In this document: one piece after another, positions 1-6,045 of the stretch
How positions within the stretch are numbered: position 1 is the stretch's first letter
How the letters are laid out: each line of letters begins with the position of its first letter
From: Calditrichia bacterium
Lineage (GTDB): Bacteria > Calditrichota > Calditrichia > RBG-13-44-9
Length of the DNA: 13,636 bases
Assembly (NCBI GenBank): GCA_037381445.1
Contig: JARRQT010000177.1
Coordinates: 1-13,636 of the forward strand
Direction of reading: 5' to 3'
Notes under the pieces: model-generated
Told to the model about the DNA's origin: nothing
What the model saw: only the letters and a program-made list of their open reading frames with translations
Database searches by the model: none
Position numbers and translations under genes: made by a program

Positions 1-1
1 T

Positions 2-1120
2 GTGTATATAAGCGAGGTTTCGGATGCTGCTTTCGACTATAATTCAGAGTTTATTGAAATTTACAATAATAGCGATAATACGCTGGATTTGAATAGCAGC
101 AAATTAGTTATGCTTGCTGATGGAACCGTCTTCACTCTGAGTAACTATTCTGGTGATATCACAATTCCGTCGAAAGGTCTTCTTGTCATAGCGAGAGGCG
201 CAACGCTAGAGGAATTTGAAACTGAGTGGGGTCCATTACCAGCAGGTGTAAATTACAATCAAGGCAGCAGCAATATGTACTTTGGCACTGGACGGCAGTG
301 GCGTCTTCGGGATGGAGGTACTGTCGGAGTTGATGATGGCACAATACTTGACGATACTCAGCAATTTGTCGCTCCAGCAGGAAGCCGACACTATCAGGAT
401 CCGATTGGTGTCTGGAACCTAGAGGATCGGGCTAATGCTACGCCGGGCGTACTTGAAGGTAACCAAGATAGCTCCCTTCCCGTGGAGCTCACTTCTTTTA
501 CGGTGGTCTCCGGCGACGGCCTGGTGACCCTGCGCTGGATAACGGAGAGCGAGATGGATAACGTGGGATTCGAGGTGTTCCGCTCCGCGGAGAAGGACGG
601 GGAATATACCCTGATGTCCTCTTACCTGAGCAACGCCTCCCTGAAAGGGCAGGTGAATTCCAACACCCGCCACGAGTACCGCTTTACCGACCGGCTGGTG
701 GTGAACGGGGAGAGCTACTGGTACAAGCTAGCGGATGTGGATCTGAACGGGAACCGCGCGTTCCACGGACCGCTTTTCGCTATGCCGCACCAGGGCAGCG
801 GGGCGGTGCTGAGCGACGGGAATATCCCCGAGAAATTTGCCCTGCGCGGCAATTATCCCAATCCGTTTAATCCCCGGACCACCATCATATTTGACATTCC
901 GCAGCTCCGCGAGGGCGTGACGGAAGCGTCCCTGCTGGTTTACAACGCGCTGGGACAGCAGGTCCGGGTGCTGTACCAGGGGAATATCGCGGCCGGGCAG
1001 TACCGCCTGGAATGGGACGGCAGCGGGGAGAACGGTAATTCCCTGCCCAGCGGCATTTACTATGCCGTGCTGCAGACCGAACAGTTTGTGAAGACCATCA
1101 AGATGCTGCTGCTGAAGTAG
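2..1120 (+). CDS. Secreted lamin-tail-domain (LTD) protein with C-terminal T9SS type A / FlgD-Ig-like sorting domain; 5' end lies outside the window (partial)
   Basis: The frame is open from the window edge. The N-terminal part has LTD hallmarks (YISEV..., EFIEIYN..., DL, C-terminal ATPG). It is followed by LPVELTSF, W.TESE.DN.GFEV.RS and YWYKLADVD.NG, then NYPNPFNP.T.I.F...VYNALGQ.VR.L...WDG....G..LPSGIY...KMLLLK, stop TAG at 1118-1120. Confidence 0.85.
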   Translation: MYISEVSDAAFDYNSEFIEIYNNSDNTLDLNSSKLVMLADGTVFTLSNYSGDITIPSKGLLVIARGATLEEFETEWGPLPAGVNYNQGSSNMYFGTGRQWRLRDGGTVGVDDGTILDDTQQFVAPAGSRHYQDPIGVWNLEDRANATPGVLEGNQDSSLPVELTSFTVVSGDGLVTLRWITESEMDNVGFEVFRSAEKDGEYTLMSSYLSNASLKGQVNSNTRHEYRFTDRLVVNGESYWYKLADVDLNGNRAFHGPLFAMPHQGSGAVLSDGNIPEKFALRGNYPNPFNPRTTIIFDIPQLREGVTEASLLVYNALGQQVRVLYQGNIAAGQYRLEWDGSGENGNSLPSGIYYAVLQTEQFVKTIKMLLLK

Positions 1121-1187
1121 CCCGGCGCCGGACGCGCGGCGCAGAGTACAGAGAGTAAAATATAGATAGACTGATGATCTCTAAGCA

Positions 1188-1230
1188 TATCCCTCCTTGT
1201 CTTTGCGGGCCAGGAGGGATAACTATTTTC
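1188..1230 (+). terminator. Possible intrinsic terminator / hairpin after the LTD gene
   Basis: Perfect 10-bp stem TATCCCTCCT (1188-1197) / AGGAGGGATA (1212-1221), followed by only a weak T-rich tail (ACTATTTTC). Confidence 0.4.
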
Positions 1231-1277
1231 TGCCAGTGCAAAAGGGGAAGAATTGGGTGATCAGCGGCAAGGAAAAC

Positions 1278-1305
1278 AAACAATAAACAATAAACAATAA
1301 TCAAT
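1278..1305 (+). repeat. Heptamer tandem micro-array (AAACAAT x3 + AATCAAT)
   Basis: Read directly: AAACAAT AAACAAT AAACAAT AATCAAT. Confidence 0.85.
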
Positions 1306-1360
1306 GATCGAATTCGGGTTGAATGCCTGGATCAAACGTGCCGCGTATAGATAAGCATTT

Positions 1361-1381
1361 AGCTGACGGCTGAAAGCTCTC
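1361..1381 (+). repeat. Short heptamer array (RGCTGAN type)
   Basis: AGCTGAC GGCTGAA AGCTCTC; same unit family as 4718-4745. Confidence 0.6.
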
Positions 1382-1388
1382 CGCCCCG

Positions 1389-1448
1389 GGGCAGCGCAAT
1401 TCGCTTTTCCGGCCCTGTCATCGGGGCGCCGGAAGCGAAATTTTGCCC
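1389..1448. other. Long imperfect GC-rich inverted repeat
   Basis: Outer pair GGGCA/TGCCC; inner AATTCGCTTTTCCGGC pairs with GCCGGAAGCGAAATT with small bulges. Confidence 0.55.
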
Positions 1449-1467
1449 AAAAAACTTTATTTATTAT

Positions 1468-1496
1468 TTCACATTTTCCATTTATTTATTTATATT
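1468..1496 (+). promoter_or_regulatory. Putative sigma70 promoter for the 917-aa gene
   Basis: TTCACA (1468-1473), 17-bp spacer, TATATT (1491-1496), in an AT-rich context. Confidence 0.5.
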
Positions 1497-1681
1497 GCTT
1501 TTCGTTAAGATGAGTAAAACTTACTTTCGTTAATCAGGGACTACAGACCGGCCGTGCCCTGTAATCCCCTTATCAATCTTTTTTCTTGTTTTTAGCTTCA
1601 AATTTTCGCTTCGGTTTTTCTTGGATTCTATAGCAGTTTTATTAACTAATACAATCACTAATTAATAAAGGAGACCGATTT

Positions 1682-4435
1682 ATGAAGAGATTTTTTACGG
1701 TGCTCATTGTTATGGTGCTGTTTTCGGCATTTGCAACGATGAGTTATGGACAGACAGAGCTTTTGACCAATGGCGGTTTTGAAAGCTGGGCAGACAGCGG
1801 TGCGGCCGGGCCTCCTGATGGCTGGCAATTGAGTGATACGGAAATTACTGCTTCTCAGGAAGCCGATGTTGCGAATATTCATACTGGGACCTATTCGGCC
1901 AATATTACCTGGACAACAACCAGCACGGTCCAGCTGCTGCAGGGTGTTAAAGTAACACCGGGCTATACCTACAATTTCAGTTTCTGGGCGCTTGATAACG
2001 ATGCCAATGGCAGGGCGCGTGTCGCCGTCCGCTGGTATGATGCTTCCGGGGGATTTATTGAAGGCTTTTACGGAGATTACACTACTGATTCTCCAGATTG
2101 GCAGCAGTTATCAAGCGGTGATTTGACAGCTCCGGTAGATGCGGATTCTGCGACAACGGAGATCCGCGTCTATGATGTTTCGGGTGGTACATTCCCGCCT
2201 GCAACGGTCTATGTTGATGATGCCTCCTTTACAGAGTTGGCAGTTGTCGCCCTGACCGTTTCCAACGTGACCCGGGAATTTACGGTTCCGGCAACCGGTA
2301 CGGACTGCAAAGTCACTGCCGATGTAACCGGGGGCACTACGCCTTATACATCAGTTGAAATTGGATGGAGCGTTGACGGGACGGAACAGACAGCGATAAC
2401 GATGACAAATACGACCGGCGATACCTATGAAGGGACTATTCCCGCCCAGGCCGACGGCGCCCGCGTGGAATATTATGTCACCGCGACTGATGCCGATATG
2501 AACGCCGAGAGCAGCACCACAGAAGGTTTCTTCTGGGGGGTAACCTCCATCAGCACTTTCAGGGAAGCGGATGCCGAGGGCGCCATTTTATATGCCGATT
2601 ACTATGCCCGGCTGACCGGTGTGGCAACCGTGGCAAGCGGTATTTTTAGCACTTCCAGCATGGATTGTTATATTCAGGATGCCACCGGCGGTATTAATCT
2701 GTACAAAGGCGGTGCTGGTGACGTCACCATTACTGAAGGCAACAATTACACCGTAGTGGGTTCCCTTGATCAGTATAATGGCAAAGCGGAAATAATACCG
2801 GATGATGCCGCCGCGGATATCACCGATGACGGTCCGGGCACCATGCCGGCACCGGTCGTGCTGACCATTGCCGATCTGCTGGCCGATGCGGAATCCTATG
2901 AAAGCATGCTGATCCAGGTGAACGCGCTGGATACCGTGGCGGGACACGCTCCCTGGCCGGCAGCCGGAAATGATGCCAATATCGAAGTCACCGACAACGG
3001 CGGGACCGATGTATTTGTCCTGCGCGTTGACAAGGACACCAATATTGATGATAATCCCGAGCCGGTCTGGCCGGAGGATATCACCGGGATCTTTACCCAA
3101 TATGACTACAGTGTGCCGATGGATACGGGTTACCAGATCCTTCCGCGTTCTATCGATGATTTCCAGGCGCCGGTTGTCCCGGATGAGCCGCCGGTCGTGG
3201 CAAATGTGGAGCGCACGGTGGTTGTTCCCACCGCTGATGAAGCCGTGGTGGTCACCGCCGATATTACCGACGATTTTGGATTGGCCGTTACCGAACTGCG
3301 TTACCAGGTGAATGACGGCAGCGAAGAGGCCGTTACCATGACCGCCGGCGAAGGCGATTCCTATTCCGCGGAAATCCCGGCCAGCGCTTATTCGGACGGC
3401 GACCGGGTTGTCTATTATGTCTATGCAGAAGATAATGCGGAAACACCCAATATAACCGAAAGCCAGACTGCGGGAGTCTTTGCGGGCACCACGCCTATCG
3501 CCAACGTGAAAGTGATGGATGACCAGGGCGTGATTTTGTATGCGAAATATTATGCGCGCCTGAAAGGCGTCGCCACGGTTGGAAAAGGTGTTTTCCAGGA
3601 AGCCAATCTGGATGCCTATATTCAGGATGATGCAGCGGGACTGAATGTGTTTAAATATGATTTTGTCCCGGATTTTCTATTGGGACATGAATACACAGTC
3701 GTAGGTATGGTTGACCAGTACCGCGGCAAGACCGAGATCATTCCCGATAATGACGAGGATGTCACCGATAACGGCGAATCCGTACTGCCGGCGCCGATAT
3801 TCAAGACCATCAACGAATTACTGGCCTCCGCCGAAGATTATGAAGGCATGCTGGTGGGTGTCGCGGCTGTGGATACCACGGCAGACAGTCAGCCCTGGCC
3901 GGCTGCCGGCTCGGATGCCAACCTGGAAGTGACCGATCCTTCCGGCGGCGTGCTGGTGGCCCGTGTCGACAAAGACTCGGATGTGCCGGGAACGCCCGAA
4001 CCGGCTTACCCGACCGACATGGTGGGTATATTCAGCCAGTATGACGCCAGCGCACCCTACTTTGAGGGATATCAGGTTTTGATCCGATACACCAGTGATT
4101 TTGCCCTGGTGGGTATCGAAAAGGGTAACCTGGAGCAGCTGCCCACGGCATTCAGCCTGAAACCCAATTATCCGAACCCGTTTAACCCGGAAACCAATAT
4201 CACCTTTGAAGTCCCCATAGTGAACAACAATGATGCCCGGGCGACGTTTGCCGTTTACAATATCATGGGACAGCAGGTCAGGACCCTGTTCAACGAACCG
4301 GTGAAGGCCGGCGTCTATCATGTGAAATGGGATGGCAGGAACGAAAACGGCATTCAATTGCCCAGCGGTGTCTATTTTGGTGTATTCAAAGCTGAGCAAT
4401 ATACCAAGACGATCAAGATGATTCTCATGAAATAA
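1682..4435 (+). CDS. Secreted multidomain protein: signal peptide, CBM4/9-like carbohydrate-binding domain, 2 x (Ig-like + OB-fold pair), T9SS/FlgD-Ig C-terminal sorting domain
   Basis: SD AAGGAG at 1668-1673. Signal peptide MKRFFTVLIVMVLFSAFATMSYG|Q. LLTNGGFESW...P.GW and YVDDASF bound a CBM4/9-like jelly roll. YIQD..GGI..., QYNGK.EIIP and YQILPRS..DF motifs occur twice. The tail is NYPNPFNP...WDGRNENG..LPSGVYF...KMILMK. Confidence 0.85.
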   Translation: MKRFFTVLIVMVLFSAFATMSYGQTELLTNGGFESWADSGAAGPPDGWQLSDTEITASQEADVANIHTGTYSANITWTTTSTVQLLQGVKVTPGYTYNFSFWALDNDANGRARVAVRWYDASGGFIEGFYGDYTTDSPDWQQLSSGDLTAPVDADSATTEIRVYDVSGGTFPPATVYVDDASFTELAVVALTVSNVTREFTVPATGTDCKVTADVTGGTTPYTSVEIGWSVDGTEQTAITMTNTTGDTYEGTIPAQADGARVEYYVTATDADMNAESSTTEGFFWGVTSISTFREADAEGAILYADYYARLTGVATVASGIFSTSSMDCYIQDATGGINLYKGGAGDVTITEGNNYTVVGSLDQYNGKAEIIPDDAAADITDDGPGTMPAPVVLTIADLLADAESYESMLIQVNALDTVAGHAPWPAAGNDANIEVTDNGGTDVFVLRVDKDTNIDDNPEPVWPEDITGIFTQYDYSVPMDTGYQILPRSIDDFQAPVVPDEPPVVANVERTVVVPTADEAVVVTADITDDFGLAVTELRYQVNDGSEEAVTMTAGEGDSYSAEIPASAYSDGDRVVYYVYAEDNAETPNITESQTAGVFAGTTPIANVKVMDDQGVILYAKYYARLKGVATVGKGVFQEANLDAYIQDDAAGLNVFKYDFVPDFLLGHEYTVVGMVDQYRGKTEIIPDNDEDVTDNGESVLPAPIFKTINELLASAEDYEGMLVGVAAVDTTADSQPWPAAGSDANLEVTDPSGGVLVARVDKDSDVPGTPEPAYPTDMVGIFSQYDASAPYFEGYQVLIRYTSDFALVGIEKGNLEQLPTAFSLKPNYPNPFNPETNITFEVPIVNNNDARATFAVYNIMGQQVRTLFNEPVKAGVYHVKWDGRNENGIQLPSGVYFGVFKAEQYTKTIKMILMK
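2252..4102 (+). repeat. Internal tandem duplication of a ~304-codon module (2252-3163 and 3191-4102)
   Basis: Parallel motifs in the two copies: SNVTR/ANVER, VTADVT/VTADIT, RVEYYVTA.D/RVVYYVYA.D, YARLTGVATV/YARLKGVATV, PWPAAGNDANIEVTD/PWPAAGSDANLEVTD, RVDKD/RVDKD, GIFTQYD/GIFSQYD. Confidence 0.9.
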
Positions 4436-4477
4436 TCTGATTGCAGCAAGGCAGCAATATGACTGTCGGTTTCAGTG

Positions 4478-4514
4478 AAAAGGCCGGTGTCCGGACAGGA
4501 TGCCGGCCTTTTTT
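4478..4514 (+). terminator. Rho-independent terminator after the 917-aa gene (potentially bidirectional)
   Basis: AAAAGGCCGGTGTCC-GGACA-GGATGCCGGCCTTTTTT: GC-rich stem with two G-U pairs, a T6 tail and an upstream A4. Confidence 0.85.
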
Positions 4515-4553
4515 GATTTTGGGGCGTGCGGGAAAGGGGACCGGAAAGCAGCG

Positions 4554-4588
4554 CACAATGATCAATGACCAATGATCAATAACCAATA
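4554..4588 (+). repeat. Heptamer tandem array (AYCAATR type, 5 units)
   Basis: CACAATG ATCAATG ACCAATG ATCAATA ACCAATA. Confidence 0.85.
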
Positions 4589-4630
4589 AAAGCGCATCCG
4601 GGAAGCGGCTGGCGGCATGGCAGTGAAACG

Positions 4631-4665
4631 CAGATAAAAGATAAAAGATAAAAGGTAAAAGATAA
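4631..4665 (+). repeat. Heptamer tandem array (AAGATAA type, 5 units)
   Basis: CAGATAA AAGATAA AAGATAA AAGGTAA AAGATAA. Confidence 0.9.
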
Positions 4666-4717
4666 ATGATCACAAAAAAATGAATGAATTGCGGGAAGCT
4701 GGGGAAGGCGTGTTCAA

Positions 4718-4769
4718 AGCTGATGGCTGACAGCTGATCGCTCCCTTGCGTTCTTTGCGGCTTGGCGGG
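4718..4769 (+). repeat. Heptamer array (RGCTGAY x3) followed by 8-9-mer CTTTGCG-type repeats
   Basis: AGCTGAT GGCTGAC AGCTGAT CGCT, then CCTTGCGTT CTTTGCGG CTTGGCGGG. Confidence 0.75.
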
Positions 4770-4864
4770 ATATCTGCCTAAACCTTACGGCAGCAGCCTG
4801 CTCAGGGAAAAGCATCCGGCATCCGGAGGACATTCATAGAAAGGCATTTAATTTTTGAAAAAAA

Positions 4865-4893
4865 TTGCCTCCTTTGCTCTCATCGCTTACATT
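4865..4893 (+). promoter_or_regulatory. Putative sigma70 promoter for the DUF1848 gene
   Basis: TTGCCT (4865-4870), 17-bp spacer, TACATT (4888-4893), 28 bp before ATG 4921. Confidence 0.45.
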
Positions 4894-4920
4894 ATGACGG
4901 AATGAGAGTATGAATATATT

Positions 4921-5662
4921 ATGAAAGCAGTGATTTCAGCCAGCCGGCGCACCGATATCCCGGCATTTTACCTGAAATGGTTCATGGAGCAGATCGGCCG
5001 CGGTTATATCGACATCCCCAATCCCTTTAACCGCAAGCAGGTAAAACGGACCGGCCTGACTCCCCGCGAAGTGGCCTGGATTGTATTCTGGTCCAGAAAT
5101 TACTCCGTATTTCTGAAGAATCAGGACTTTTTTGACTATTACCGGCTTATTTTTCACTTTACCATCAATCCCCCTAACGCGCTGCCGCTATGACCCCATT
5201 GTTTTTTACAAAAGAAACGGGGAGGTTCAGACCAATCACGACATTCAGCTTTTCCGGAAGTATGTTCGTACCGCCAGTCTGATGGGAATCCAGCGCTGCT
5301 ATATCAGCGTCGTGAATATCTATCCCAAAATCATCAAGCGGGCCAGGAAAATCCCGGACTTCGAATTCTTTGCCCAGGATGAAAAAATCAAACTGGAGGT
5401 TGTGCAGGATATGGTGGATCTGGCCTCGTTATATGGGGTGCAGCTCTATAGCTGCTCGAATGACAATCTGTTGCGGGTCAGCGGATTGAGAAAAGGGCAG
5501 TGTATTAACGGCAGGCTGCTCAACCGGCTGGGCCATGAAAAAGTCAGCGAGCAGCAGTCGCCGTCCCGCACCGATTGCGGATGCACGCTCTCCGTGGATG
5601 TGGGCGATTATATCCGGACCCTGTGCAAATACAAATGTCTGTACTGCTATGCGCGTCCCTAA
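4921..5662 (+). pseudogene. DUF1848-family protein split by a frameshift/deletion near 5184 (pseudogene or assembly artefact)
   Basis: The 4921-5193 ORF has the DUF1848 signature ISASRRTDIPAFY..WF, NPFN..Q, IVFWSRN and FHFTI. The next frame (+1) resumes at RYDPI (5186) and ends with CI.G.L, R.DCGC..SVDVG.Y...CKYKCLYCYA, stop at 5660-5662. Confidence 0.8.
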
Positions 5663-5983
5663 TGCGGCGCTGGGTAGAGGAAGCCGTTTTCTTTCTGATA
5701 TGCCGGTCCGATTTTATGCCGGGAAATCAATATTTCTTCCGTTTATCAAATCCTTCCAGGGCACCTTTATTTGAAATATATTATCCTTTTATCATTTCAC
5801 TTTCTCGCCTTGTTTCTATAAAGCATGCAATTTAATAAATAAATAAACAATTCAGGGGTGGGGCGGCGTATGGTGCATACATCCGTTTCTGATATTTCTC
5901 ATTGAAAATATATAAAAATTATTGTTTTGCAATTTTTAAGATAACTTGTTAAATTTAGGCTTGGCTTTTTTATTTGGAAAAAG

Positions 5984-6038
5984 ATGCAAAATAACATTGT
6001 ATTATGATATTCTGGAACGGATTAATCTAGTTAGGAGG
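5984..6038 (+). promoter_or_regulatory. Putative ppdK promoter (extended -10) and Shine-Dalgarno site
   Basis: ATGCAA (5984-5989), 18 bp, then TATTCT (6008-6013) preceded by TG at 6005-6006. AGGAGG at 6033-6038 lies 7 nt before ATG 6046. The SD is strong; the promoter call is tentative. Confidence 0.45.
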
Positions 6039-6045
6039 TTGTTGT

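Noticed and set aside
2252..4102. DGR template/variable repeat pair
   Set aside because: The two copies are long, in-frame and diverged at all base types, not adenine-specifically, and no reverse transcriptase is present.
4372..4673. Small minus-strand ORFs 4425-4673 and 4372-4572 (and likewise 1098-1304)
   Set aside because: Their low-complexity hydrophobic sequence (IIYLLPFIFYLLS, LLVIDHWSLII) is simply translated heptamer repeat, and they cross terminators or gene ends.
4554..4826. CRISPR array
   Set aside because: Units are 7-9 bp tandem repeats, not 23-47 bp repeats with regular spacers, and there are no cas genes.
5821..5855. Canonical tandem ARG boxes upstream of ppdK
   Set aside because: Best alignments to TG(A/C)AT-W4-AT(T/G)CA have three or more mismatches in AT-rich DNA; kept only as the weaker TGCAATTT observation.
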